DNA of 64,000 nt from Candidatus Saganbacteria bacterium (GCA_016223245.1 JACRPL010000003.1:74078-138077); one strand, 5' to 3'. Positions 52,730 through 62,257 are shown, numbered from the stretch's first letter. Notes: generated from the sequence alone by a model not told the origin. Numbers and translations: made by a program.

Positions 52730-53620
52730 TTAGGGCTTAAGTTCTAGTTTGAATTTCTTCTCGATTTTGAATGGGTGATAAGACAGCTTTGCCTTCCTAA
52801 GCCCCGGGATTCCCAGATCTTGTTCAAGATTTACGAATTTGTAGCCATTAAATGTCTTTCGGCAAGCTTCGTTCAGGATTGCCTGCGCGACTCCTTGGAA
52901 GGTCGGGTCTACATATTGAAAATGGGCTGAAATCGTTTCTTTGTTCAATTCCGACCCTATTATAAAGCCTAAAAGTTCGTTTTCTGAAAATATCGCCCCG
53001 CCCAATAGATTTAGCTCATTGAAATAAAGGAAAGCTTTTTCCAAAGCATTTCTTTGGGCGGAGTGCGCTAGACGCGGGAAATATCTAGATTCTTCCCGGG
53101 CTTTGAACCATTTTTCGAATAGTTCCAAAGCCTTGTCTTTGATCCCGAGAGAGATCTGTTCGTATCGATAATTCGGAAAATGCTTCTTGAATTTGTTTAT
53201 ATGGTTCCTTTTGCCGTCGTATTTCTTGCCGGCAAGTGCTGCTAGCTCGTCGATTTTATAGATATAGTCGAATTGGCTTCTTTGGCAGGTCGTCTTATAC
53301 GGATCGACAGGTATTAACGAGATAAAATCTTCGGAAACCCTCGAAAGATATTTTGTGTATTGAAGGCATGTTTCGATCGTCTCGATCGGTTTGTTGCGGC
53401 CAATAGGCTCCAAGAAATAGGGTGTTTCGTTTAGCGGATTAATTAAAACGCAGATATTGTCGTTTAATAATGTGAGCTGTGGGCGATCAAAATCCATCCA
53501 GATATACAGATTTGCCAAGGCCAGTTCGCAAATGTTTGGGCTCATGGCTTTTAGCTTATCAGTTAGGATCGTTCTATCTGAAAGTTCGAGCTGCTTGAAT
53601 TCCGGGAATTTTGGGATCAT
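52730..53620 (-). CDS. DUF2156 / aminoacyl-PG synthase C-terminal-like protein
   Basis: DYIY…L..L.GKKY..KRNHIN.F, NLEQDLGIPGLRKAKLSYHP. Confidence 0.85.
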   Translation of the reverse strand: MIPKFPEFKQLELSDRTILTDKLKAMSPNICELALANLYIWMDFDRPQLTLLNDNICVLINPLNETPYFLEPIGRNKPIETIETCLQYTKYLSRVSEDFISLIPVDPYKTTCQRSQFDYIYKIDELAALAGKKYDGKRNHINKFKKHFPNYRYEQISLGIKDKALELFEKWFKAREESRYFPRLAHSAQRNALEKAFLYFNELNLLGGAIFSENELLGFIIGSELNKETISAHFQYVDPTFQGVAQAILNEACRKTFNGYKFVNLEQDLGIPGLRKAKLSYHPFKIEKKFKLELKP

Positions 53621-54036
53621 CCGGGAGCCCTTACCATGCAGGCGCATTTACCGGGGAAACATTCATTACACTCAAGAAGGTTTTTTTTGGGAAGGGAGGG
53701 GATGGGGGGTGTTTCAATAAATCCGAATTTCTTGAAGAAGTCAGGTATTACCGTATAAAGATAGATCGGGAGCTGTGCATTTTTAAATAATTCATTTAAA
53801 AGTTCCGTTGCAATGCCTTGGCCCTGAAAACCGGTTGCTGCGCCGACCGAGCTTAAAAATAAAATATCGCCATATTTTGTAAGTTTCGCAACGCCTGCAA
53901 CTGCGCCATCCTTTTCCGCGATATGAAAATCATTATACTCCTGTGCAAAAAAGTAAATATCAAGTTCTTTTAATATTTTATCAATAGTTTCTTTGTCGTT
54001 TGGGGTTGCTTTTCGGACCTTGGCCATAAGAAACAT
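53617..54036 (-). CDS. GNAT acetyltransferase (ArgA-like)
   Basis: QGQGIA motif A, FFKKFGF, C-terminal CxxC…C. Confidence 0.8.
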   Translation of the reverse strand: MFLMAKVRKATPNDKETIDKILKELDIYFFAQEYNDFHIAEKDGAVAGVAKLTKYGDILFLSSVGAATGFQGQGIATELLNELFKNAQLPIYLYTVIPDFFKKFGFIETPPIPSLPKKNLLECNECFPGKCACMVRAPG

Positions 54037-54093
54037 ATTTTACCAGATTAAAAATCCGATAGCTATCAAGGCCTTTCATGCTATAATCGGGTC

Positions 54094-54840
54094 GTGGATA
54101 TTTGGGTTTATTCGTTTGCCAGCGTAATTATTGTAAGCTTGATCTCGCTTATCGGGATTTTTTCCCTCCTGCTTAGAAAAAATCTTCTTGAAAAAATACT
54201 GCTTTTCTTAGTAAGTTTTGCCGTCGGGGGATTGTTTGGCGATGCCTTTATTCATCTTCTGCCTGAAGCCTACAAAGGCCTTGGCATCAATCTTTTTGCA
54301 TCCTCCCTTGTGCTCTTCGGGATAATTTTCTTTTTTGTTCTTGAAAAATTTATCAGGTGGAGACACTGCCATGTGCCTACTTCGGAGAATCATCCTCATC
54401 CGGTTGTCTATATGAATTTGATAGGGGACGGGGCGCATAATTTGATCGATGGTATGCTTATCGGCGCCAGTTATCTTGTAAGTATACCTATAGGTATCAG
54501 CACAACAATAGCGGTCGTCCTCCATGAAATTCCACAAGAGATAGGGGATTTTGGGGTTTTGGTCAATGGCGGGCTAACAGTCAGAAAAGCGTTGTTCTTT
54601 AATTTCCTCACCGCTCTAGCCGCTGTTGTTGGGGTTATGATTTCTTTAATTGTAGGGCCATTTATAAAAGATTATGCATCGTTTATGCTTCCTATAACTG
54701 CTGGAGGCTTCCTTTATATAGCAGGTTCCGATCTGATACCCGAACTTCACCATGAGAATGAACTTCGCGATTCGTTCTGGCAATTATTTTCCATATTGCT
54801 CGGTGTCGCTATAATGGGGCTACTGCTTCTTATCAATTAG
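54094..54840 (+). CDS. ZIP family metal transporter
   Basis: HLLPEA, HCH, HNLIDG, HEIPQEIGD, DLIPEL. Confidence 0.93.
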   Translation: MDIWVYSFASVIIVSLISLIGIFSLLLRKNLLEKILLFLVSFAVGGLFGDAFIHLLPEAYKGLGINLFASSLVLFGIIFFFVLEKFIRWRHCHVPTSENHPHPVVYMNLIGDGAHNLIDGMLIGASYLVSIPIGISTTIAVVLHEIPQEIGDFGVLVNGGLTVRKALFFNFLTALAAVVGVMISLIVGPFIKDYASFMLPITAGGFLYIAGSDLIPELHHENELRDSFWQLFSILLGVAIMGLLLLIN

Positions 54841-54904
54841 TATCGCAAAATATTTCGTTTTACCCCTTGACTGGTATCTATAATAGGTATAATATCTACA
54901 TATT

Positions 54905-55228
54905 ATGAATTTGATAGTGGAAAAGCTCGCAAAACCAAAAGAGAGAGAATTAAAAACCCTCGTGTTATTTGTTGAGACTTTCTGCTCTCAAAAGCATGCT
55001 GAAAGAGCGCAAAATAGCCAAAAGCTGTGCGATGAGTGCGATAAACTTTTGAAGTATGGAAGAGCGAAACTTATACTATGCAAATATGACCCAAAGCCTA
55101 AATGCCGGGAGTGCAAGACCCATTGTTATGCCCCAAGCTATCGCGAAAAAATAAAAGAAGTCATGAAGTTTTCGGGGATGTTCCTTGTAAAAAGGGGGAG
55201 GCTGGATCTTTTGCTTCATTTTATATGA
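54905..55228 (+). CDS. YgbA family (nitrous-oxide-stimulated promoter) protein
   Basis: FC..KH…LCDEC..L..Y…C…KPKCRECKTHCY…VMKFSG. Confidence 0.8.
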   Translation: MNLIVEKLAKPKERELKTLVLFVETFCSQKHAERAQNSQKLCDECDKLLKYGRAKLILCKYDPKPKCRECKTHCYAPSYREKIKEVMKFSGMFLVKRGRLDLLLHFI

Positions 55229-56010
55229 ATAAATATCTTAATACCGGCATTAAAGAAATAATCACTGAATATCCAAAGATCGGGACGATCCTTGAAGAAT
55301 ACAATATCGGATGCGGTCCGTGCACATTGGGGACTTGCCTCTTAAAAGATGTGGTCGGGATACACGGCCTTTCGCCTGACCAGGAACTCGAGCTAATGTA
55401 TCGCATCGAAAAAGAGATCTATCCCGATCGAAATATTAAAAAACCAAATCTTGATAGTTCAATAAAAAAACAGAAGCCAAAAGAGTTCACATATTCACCT
55501 CCGATACAAAGATTGGTCGATGAGCATGTATTGATCAAGAAATGGCTGGCATTAATGCCTAAAGTTTTAGAAAAAGCAGATCTTTCATCGGAGGATTTTC
55601 GTTTAATCATCGCCGATGGGGTTGCTTTTATTCGAAATTATGCCGATAAGTTCCATCATGCAAAAGAAGAGGATGTTCTGTTCGACTATACCGATAAAAA
55701 CGCGGAGATCGTAAAGATCATTTTCAAGGATCACGATACAGCTCGCGGTTATGTTAAAGCGGCTATTAATGCGCTGGAAAATAATAATAAGGACGCCCTG
55801 ATCCAAAATCTTTTATCTTATAAAGAGCTATTGACCGAGCATATAAGGAAAGAAGATGAAGTTCTCTACCCGTTTATCGATAGGGGGCTTTCAATGAATC
55901 AAATAGGCGAGATGTTTACAAGATTTAATGATGCAGAAGAAAAGATCGATAAGGAGGTTGTCAATAATTGTATAAAGTTTGTTAATGAAGCCGAGCGAAG
56001 GATCGAATAA
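55225..56010 (+). CDS. Hemerythrin-domain protein with Cys-rich N-terminal domain
   Basis: CGPCTLGTC; LVDEH, HHAKEEDVLF, EHIRKEDEVLYP. Confidence 0.85.
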   Translation: MNKYLNTGIKEIITEYPKIGTILEEYNIGCGPCTLGTCLLKDVVGIHGLSPDQELELMYRIEKEIYPDRNIKKPNLDSSIKKQKPKEFTYSPPIQRLVDEHVLIKKWLALMPKVLEKADLSSEDFRLIIADGVAFIRNYADKFHHAKEEDVLFDYTDKNAEIVKIIFKDHDTARGYVKAAINALENNNKDALIQNLLSYKELLTEHIRKEDEVLYPFIDRGLSMNQIGEMFTRFNDAEEKIDKEVVNNCIKFVNEAERRIE

Positions 56011-56047
56011 AGTCTCTCGACTGAGCTCGAGACAAGGAGGAAATATC

Positions 56048-56509
56048 ATGAGCGGATGTCCAGGTTCAATGGTACAGGATTTTACGGGTAGGGGAGAAAG
56101 CGCATCGGATGAGTCGGGTAAAAGGCAGTCTCAATTAAGGCAATGGCCGATACAATTGCATTTAGTTACGCCGCAAGCGCCATATTTTAATAAGGCTGAC
56201 GTCTTGATCGCGGCCGATTGCGTGGCATTTTCCGTGGGTGATTTTCACAAAGATTTCCTAAAAGGAAAAAGTCTGGCTATCGCTTGCCCAAAACTTGATG
56301 AAGGACAAGAATCATATGTCGAAAAGATTACCCAATTAATTGATGAAGCGAATGTTAATACTCTAACAGTTATGATCATGCAGGTCCCATGCTGTATGGG
56401 GCTCGTTAGTTTAGTAAAAGAGGGCGCGGCTGCCGTCAAGAGAAAAGTCCCCATTAAATATATGGTAGCGAGCCTTCAAGGCGATATTATAAAAGAAGAG
56501 TGGTTGTGA
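56048..56509 (+). CDS. Fe-S-associated conserved protein of the type usually found near hcp
   Basis: GCPGS, SQLRQWPIQLHL, AADC, ACPKLD, MQVPCC; GGAGG RBS. Confidence 0.75.
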   Translation: MSGCPGSMVQDFTGRGESASDESGKRQSQLRQWPIQLHLVTPQAPYFNKADVLIAADCVAFSVGDFHKDFLKGKSLAIACPKLDEGQESYVEKITQLIDEANVNTLTVMIMQVPCCMGLVSLVKEGAAAVKRKVPIKYMVASLQGDIIKEEWL

Positions 56510-56552
56510 TATAATAATAACAATTACAAGATTGAGGTAGGGAGGTGTTTTC

Positions 56553-56744
56553 TTGTCAATTTCAAATGTTAAAGTGAATGATGGCTGCATTCTTTGCGGT
56601 GTTTGCGAGTCGGTTTGTCCGGAAATTTTTAAAATGGGGGATTCTACGACCGAGGTAATAGCAGGCGATTTTAATAAATTGGAAATTCAAATACGTGAAG
56701 CGGCGCAAAGCTGTCCTGTTTCCGTCATAGAAGTTACGGATTAA
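56553..56744 (+). CDS. Single-cluster ferredoxin
   Basis: CILCGVCESVCP…CPVSVI. Confidence 0.88.
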   Translation: MSISNVKVNDGCILCGVCESVCPEIFKMGDSTTEVIAGDFNKLEIQIREAAQSCPVSVIEVTD

Positions 56745-56752
56745 TTGTTATA

Positions 56753-57337
56753 ATGAAAATACTGCTTATAGCCATTGTTTTTTTCCTAATGGCCGTTCAA
56801 GTTTTTGCGGGGCCTAATCCGCTTCCCTCAAAGTCGCGCGTCATCCCGACACGTGTGGACGATGCCATATGGGAACTGCGAAAGACCTAAAAAATACCCA
56901 CGATGTTGGTGCGCGTATAAGTTGGACTCTTAGGCCGGTTATTTCGATAAAAGTTGAAAGCTCCGAAGCCAAGCGATCGCAGATGCAGCTTATATGTTCA
57001 AATTGCCATGGATCCCAGTGGATCGAGGGTTTTTATACCCAATACGACAACGGCCTTTGATGATCCGATAGAATGGACCTATTATGAGATGTGGCATCAT
57101 GAGGGTAGGCGCGCCAGGATGGGGGCTTCCATGATGGGCCCGGATTATACGCAATGGCATGGCATGTACGAAGTCGCGAAACATTTTTATACAAAATTTA
57201 TTCCGGAAGCCGAGCGCCTTTTGCCGGGAGTCTCAAAAAATACCATGAATAGTGATCATCATAAATGGACCAAGGGGCTATCAAAACAAGAAATGGAAAA
57301 GCAGATCGAATACTACAAAGAAAGATATAAGCAATAA
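56753..57337 (+). pseudogene. Multiheme cytochrome c (HAO-like) remnant with several internal deletions
   Basis: Signal peptide, CGRCH, THDVG.RISW, CSNCH and WHHEGRRARMGASMMGPDYTQWHG in alternating frames. Confidence 0.75.
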
Positions 57338-57407
57338 AGGATGGCCTCTAACCGAAAAATATAGCCTAAATATCTCTGTTGACAAGGTTGTCTTTTTATG
57401 TAATAAT

Positions 57408-57426
57408 GATAATGATTATCATTATC
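57408..57426. promoter_or_regulatory. Fur box upstream of fur
   Basis: GATAATGATTATCATTATC, a perfect 9-1-9 palindrome, directly downstream of the -10 of a TTGACA promoter. Confidence 0.92.
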
Positions 57427-57470
57427 AATTGGTAGTTAAAAGAGTTTGAGCGTAATTTGGAGTTAAAACT

Positions 57471-57896
57471 ATGAAAGAAGAAGCGCTGTTTTTAGAATAT
57501 TTAAAAGAACATGGTTTTAAAAAGACCAAGCAGAGAAAACTTATCCTGGAAAAATTTCTTGAGATGAAAGGGCATGTTTGTGCCGACGAATTGTATCGAG
57601 CGGCGAAAAAAATAATGCCCGGGGTGGGACAGAGCACTGTTTTTAGGGCTGTCAAACTTTTGAAGCAAGCTCAAATCGCATCAGAGGTTAATTTTACCGG
57701 GTTGCGGCGAAGATTTGAGCCTGGAGTCACAAAACACCATCACGATCATTTGATCTGTGAAGAGTGCGGCAAGGCGCTGGAAGTCTACGACGATAGGATA
57801 GAGAAACTTCAAGACCTTTTGGCCAAGCGCCACTCTTTTGCGCCATCTAGGCATAGAATGGAAATATTTGGGCTGTGTAAGGATTGTAAAAAATAA
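57471..57896 (+). CDS. fur: Ferric uptake regulator
   Basis: TKQRKLIL, STVFR, HHHDHLICEECG, GLCKDC. Confidence 0.95.
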   Translation: MKEEALFLEYLKEHGFKKTKQRKLILEKFLEMKGHVCADELYRAAKKIMPGVGQSTVFRAVKLLKQAQIASEVNFTGLRRRFEPGVTKHHHDHLICEECGKALEVYDDRIEKLQDLLAKRHSFAPSRHRMEIFGLCKDCKK

Positions 57897-57924
57897 GGCA
57901 GGTTTATTTTTTTATTTTGTAAAT

Positions 57925-57943
57925 GATAATGATTATCATTATC
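57925..57943. promoter_or_regulatory. Second Fur box
   Basis: Identical GATAATGATTATCATTATC. Confidence 0.92.
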
Positions 57944-58073
57944 AAAACCAAGAACAAGTAGGCGATATTGATAATCGAGAAAAAAAAGAAGAGGGGGTGT
58001 TGATTAGGATGATCGATCGTTTGTAGTTGCTTTTGCTGTGAAATTTATATTGATAAATTTAGGAGGATAAGAA

Positions 58074-58808
58074 ATGTTTAATATTAAATTTGGTTTTTTA
58101 AGGATAAGTTCGCTTGTTTTTGTTTGTTTATTCGGTTTTGGTTTATTGTCGCAGGTTGCGGCCGACCAAAGGAACTATGTCTGGACGTACGAATATCAGA
58201 CCATGCCGCAGGGAGAGGCGGAGATCGAGTATTATATGACGCAGGAGAACCCGTCTTCGACCGATTATTCGAAAAGCACCTGGAAGCCGCTTGTTGAGCT
58301 TGAATACGGCTTGACCGACCATTGGGACGTAAGCTTGTACCATCAATTCAAGCAAACAAATACTGCCGCGGCATCGACTCTTTCGTATGACGGCTTTAAG
58401 GCCAGGACGAGGTATCGTATAGGTGAAAAGAACCAATTGCCCTTTGATACTCTTCTATATTTAGAATATATCGGAAAGAATGCGCTAAACCAGACCCCGC
58501 AGGGCGAAATGAAATTGATCTTGGCGAAGGATATTTCAAATATTAATTTTTCGTACAACCAGATCTATAAATGGAATTTGCAGGGAGGAGCGTTCGAGCA
58601 CGAATATTCGGCAGGGGTCAGCGTCCAGGCGCCACGCTTGTCGCTTGGTTTTGAAGCAAAAGGGAATTATACGGCGGGAAAACACGCTTTTGGCCCGACC
58701 ATTTCAATGACTGCGAACAAATTCTGGACATCGCTTGGAACAGTAATTGGCCTTAACAGCAATACAGACGCATCGCAAACCAGGATACTAATAGGCATCT
58801 GGTTGTAG
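58074..58808 (+). CDS. Probable outer-membrane beta-barrel protein
   Basis: Signal peptide; ELEYGLTDHW; terminal strand RILIGIWL. Confidence 0.65.
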   Translation: MFNIKFGFLRISSLVFVCLFGFGLLSQVAADQRNYVWTYEYQTMPQGEAEIEYYMTQENPSSTDYSKSTWKPLVELEYGLTDHWDVSLYHQFKQTNTAAASTLSYDGFKARTRYRIGEKNQLPFDTLLYLEYIGKNALNQTPQGEMKLILAKDISNINFSYNQIYKWNLQGGAFEHEYSAGVSVQAPRLSLGFEAKGNYTAGKHAFGPTISMTANKFWTSLGTVIGLNSNTDASQTRILIGIWL

Positions 58809-58824
58809 ATAAGGAGATTTTTTT

Positions 58825-59574
58825 GTGAAGAAAATTGTCTTGATGGGATTAATATTGATTTTGGGAATAGGCAGCAGATCTCTTGCTTACCGGCCCTTTG
58901 GCACAGAAGACGCGGGAGTTGCGGGGAAAAGAGTTATTCAAGCGGAATTAAGTTATGATTATTTAAAATGGAAAGACGGCAGCCTTGAAGGATCTTTTAT
59001 GCTCACTCCGATCTATGGCATAACCGAAAATTTGGAAATATCTTGCGAGATACCTTATTTTCAGCATAATTTGCAGTTAGCAGCGGCCAAGACTGGAATT
59101 GGGGATATTAATTTGGTCGCAAAGTATTTGTTTGTGCAGGATGAGAGTTCGAGCCTTGCCCTTGCCGTAAAAAGTGTCGTAAAACTGGATAATGGCGATT
59201 TTAATGCCGGCCACGGCAGCGGCGGCAAAGATTATAGCTTGTTTGCCGTTTGTTCAAAAACTTTGGGGAGGGCAACTATCCATTCCCATTTGGGATATTC
59301 GATTATCGGGCGCGCAATGAATCCAAATTTACGGAATATTTCTCTTTTTGGTTTGGCCCTTGATTATTCGTTAACCGATCCTTTGCATTTGGCTTTAGAA
59401 ATAAATGGGAATAGGCATCCGGACAGCACACAGCCGGCCGATCCAAGAAATTGTCTTTTCGGGATAACCTACAAGGCTTCAGAAAAGGTGATCTATGATT
59501 CTGCGCTAAAGATCGGCCTCTCGGATTCAAGCCCTGTTTGGGATTATACACTTGGAGCTTCGATCACTTTGTGA
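58825..59574 (+). CDS. Probable outer-membrane beta-barrel transporter
   Basis: Signal peptide; RPFGTEDA, YGITENLEI, GIGDINLVAKY; terminal strand TLGASITL. Confidence 0.7.
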   Translation: MKKIVLMGLILILGIGSRSLAYRPFGTEDAGVAGKRVIQAELSYDYLKWKDGSLEGSFMLTPIYGITENLEISCEIPYFQHNLQLAAAKTGIGDINLVAKYLFVQDESSSLALAVKSVVKLDNGDFNAGHGSGGKDYSLFAVCSKTLGRATIHSHLGYSIIGRAMNPNLRNISLFGLALDYSLTDPLHLALEINGNRHPDSTQPADPRNCLFGITYKASEKVIYDSALKIGLSDSSPVWDYTLGASITL

Positions 59575-59598
59575 GGTATAATATAAAAGGAAAAAATC

Positions 59599-61419
59599 AT
59601 GAGCGAATGCTGCGGTAAAGACGACAAGAAAACCATGCCTGCCGGCAGGCAGGTAAAAATAGACCTCACCGGGTTAAAAAAGATCGCGCTCGTCGGCAAT
59701 CCAAATGTCGGGAAAAGTGTTGTGTTTTCTCATCTTACCGGCGTATATGTTACGGTATCAAATTATCCCGGAACTACGGTCGAGATAACGCGAGGATCCG
59801 GCGTGATCGATGGAAAGAAGATCTCAATCATCGATACTCCCGGCATGAACAGTCTTATCCCTTCATCCGAGGACGAAAAGGTGTCAAGGGAGCTTCTGGA
59901 AGATGAACACCCGGACCTTGTAGTGCAAATTGCCGACGCAAAAAATCTAAAGCGCACTCTTCTTCTAACCTACGAATTAAAAGCCATGGGTTTTCCGATG
60001 ATATTGGTTTTAAATATGATGGATGAAGCTGAACAGAGGCGCATCGATATCGATGTGAAAAAACTGGAAGCGGTCCTTGATACAAAGATCATTAAAACCG
60101 TTGCGACGGACGGAGTAGGGATATGGGAACTTAAAGACGCGATAAAAGCAAAAACAGCGGTCAAACACGATTATAAAATAGATTGGTTGCCGTCAAGCCA
60201 TAAGGACGTAAAAGACCGCCACAATGAAGTTGTTAAAGTCTACGATCTTTCGGTTAAAAAAATGCCCCATAAGATACTATTCCTCGAGAGAATAGGCGAT
60301 CTTACAATGAGGCCGTTAACCGGCATTCCGATCCTGTTTCTTGTCCTATGGCTTATGTATCAGGTTGTGGGAGTCTGGGCGGCGGGGGACGGAGTAGGCT
60401 TTATGGAAAAGATTGTTTTTGGGAAATTCGTTAATCCAATCTCTATAAAAGTAATAACTGCAATTATTCCAATAAAGATCATTCAGGAATTTTTGGTTGG
60501 TGAATACGGGATTATTACAATGGCCCTAAGCTATGCTATTGCGATCATACTTCCCATCTTATCCGCTTTCTTTTTATTCTTTTCATTGCTGGAAGATTCC
60601 GGATATTTGCCCAGGCTTTCAATATTATTAAATAAATCTTTCAGGACTATAGGGCTTTCTGGCAAGGCTGTGATCCCAATGGTTTTGGGCCTTGGCTGTG
60701 ATACGATGGCTACAATGACAACGCGCACACTTGAAACCACAAAAGAAAGGGTCATTGCGACCCTGCTTTTGGCGCTCGCTGTCCCATGTTCGGCCCAGCT
60801 TGGCGTTATTTTGGGGCTTATTGGAGGCCTTTCCGCTAAAGCTACAATGATCTGGGCTGGTGTTGTGATCCTGATATTCTTTTTGGTGGGGTATCTCTCG
60901 GCGCGTGTAGTCCCCGGCAAATCATCGGATTTTATTATGGAGATCCCGCCGATCAGGATGCCAAAGTTGAAAAATATCTTTGTCAAAACTTTGGCCCGTA
61001 TCGAATGGTATTTGACGGAAGCTGTCCCACTGTTTATAGCGGGAACAGCCGCTTTATTTGTTTTGGATAAGACGCATGCCCTAAAAGCGATAGAAAACTT
61101 TGCAAGTCCGCTCGTTGTGAATTTTATGGGGCTTCCCGCTAAAGCGACCGAAGCGTTTTTGATCGGTTTTTTCAGGCGGGACTATGGGGCGGCCGGGCTA
61201 TATGCGCTCTCGCGAGCACATGAACTGGATCCCATCCAAACAGTCGTCAGTTTGGTCACGATCACTTTATTTGTCCCTTGTCTTGCGCAGTTTTTGGTTA
61301 TGGTAAAAGAAAGAGGCTTAAAGACCGCGTTATGGATAGTCGCATTTATTTTCCCGTTCGCTTTTCTTGTCGGCGGGATATTGAATTTTATTTTGCGTTA
61401 CTATAAAGTTGCGTTATGA
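59599..61419 (+). CDS. feoB: Ferrous iron transporter B
   Basis: GNPNVGKS, NYPGTT, DTPG, NMMD, EDSGYLPR, PCSAQ. Confidence 0.95.
   Translation: MSECCGKDDKKTMPAGRQVKIDLTGLKKIALVGNPNVGKSVVFSHLTGVYVTVSNYPGTTVEITRGSGVIDGKKISIIDTPGMNSLIPSSEDEKVSRELLEDEHPDLVVQIADAKNLKRTLLLTYELKAMGFPMILVLNMMDEAEQRRIDIDVKKLEAVLDTKIIKTVATDGVGIWELKDAIKAKTAVKHDYKIDWLPSSHKDVKDRHNEVVKVYDLSVKKMPHKILFLERIGDLTMRPLTGIPILFLVLWLMYQVVGVWAAGDGVGFMEKIVFGKFVNPISIKVITAIIPIKIIQEFLVGEYGIITMALSYAIAIILPILSAFFLFFSLLEDSGYLPRLSILLNKSFRTIGLSGKAVIPMVLGLGCDTMATMTTRTLETTKERVIATLLLALAVPCSAQLGVILGLIGGLSAKATMIWAGVVILIFFLVGYLSARVVPGKSSDFIMEIPPIRMPKLKNIFVKTLARIEWYLTEAVPLFIAGTAALFVLDKTHALKAIENFASPLVVNFMGLPAKATEAFLIGFFRRDYGAAGLYALSRAHELDPIQTVVSLVTITLFVPCLAQFLVMVKERGLKTALWIVAFIFPFAFLVGGILNFILRYYKVAL
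59633..59653. repeat. 21-bp palindrome in frame in feoB
   Basis: CCATGCCTGCCGGCAGGCAGG, encoding MPAGRQ. Confidence 0.85.
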
Positions 61420-61625
61420 AGTGCGCGCTGTGCGGCAAAGAATTTGAACCTAGCGCTACAGCATGCGCAAGCTGTCCCATGCACTCGGGCTGCGACCTTA
61501 TAAGATGCCCAAATTGCAGATATGAGTTCCCAAAAGAATCAAAAATTGTTGGTTTCTTTAGTAATTTGTTCGATTTTATAAGGAATAGGAAAAGGAGGAG
61601 GGAAAAATGTCCACCCAAGATATAG
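61416..61625 (+). CDS. Small Cys-rich protein
   Basis: CxxC…CxxC…C…CxxC; overlaps the feoB stop. Confidence 0.7.
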   Translation: MKCALCGKEFEPSATACASCPMHSGCDLIRCPNCRYEFPKESKIVGFFSNLFDFIRNRKRRREKCPPKI

Positions 61626-62254
61626 ATGAAGTATTGGAAATAATCTGGATGCAGAGAGAATCGGGCAAATCGGATCTCTGCGTCATCAAAGAAGAGATCG
61701 AAACCGCAAGGCTCAAAGATGTGATCTTCGACATGAAAGACGATGGATTGCTTAAGATCGAGAATAAAAAGATCGCCTTTACGGAGATTGGAGAGAAAAA
61801 AGCGTCGGAATTGATAAGACGCCATCGGCTGGCCGAGAGGCTTTTGATCGATGTTATGGATGCGTCAAGAGAAGGAATAGAGGAACCCGCCTGCCAGTTC
61901 GAGCATATGGTGTCCGAGGAAGTAACAAATGCCATTTGCACACTGCTTGGGCATCCAAGATATTGTCCTCACAACTTATCGATACCTGTTGGAAAATGCT
62001 GCAAAGTTGCGGAACAACAATTGGAAAGCCTTCTTGTCCCATTAGATAAGATAGATGTCGGAGAGTGGGCGATTGTTTCATATGTATTGTCGCATTCAAA
62101 TCCGCGCCTTCACAAATTAATGTCTTTTGGCATTAACCCCGGGATTAAAATAAAAGTGCATCAAAAGTCACCAACTTATGTAATTCAAGTTGAAGAAACA
62201 CAAATTGCCCTCGAAAGCGATGTTGTACGCGATATCTATGTAAGGCGCACCTAG
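61607..62254 (+). CDS. DtxR/MntR-family regulator with C-terminal FeoA domain
   Basis: RRHRLAERLL, CQFEH, LGHPRYCPH..SIP; KLMSFGINPG. Confidence 0.9.
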   Translation: MSTQDIDEVLEIIWMQRESGKSDLCVIKEEIETARLKDVIFDMKDDGLLKIENKKIAFTEIGEKKASELIRRHRLAERLLIDVMDASREGIEEPACQFEHMVSEEVTNAICTLLGHPRYCPHNLSIPVGKCCKVAEQQLESLLVPLDKIDVGEWAIVSYVLSHSNPRLHKLMSFGINPGIKIKVHQKSPTYVIQVEETQIALESDVVRDIYVRRT

Positions 62255-62257
62255 AAA

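Larger units (their letters stand above)
47878..52740. mobile_element. Accessory region bounded by a 21-bp direct repeat of the copA 3' end
   Basis: ATGAAGCGGTTTAGGGCTTAA at 47878-47898 and 52720-52740; GGCTTAAGTTCTAGTTTG at 51727-51744 and 52734-52751. Confidence 0.7.
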
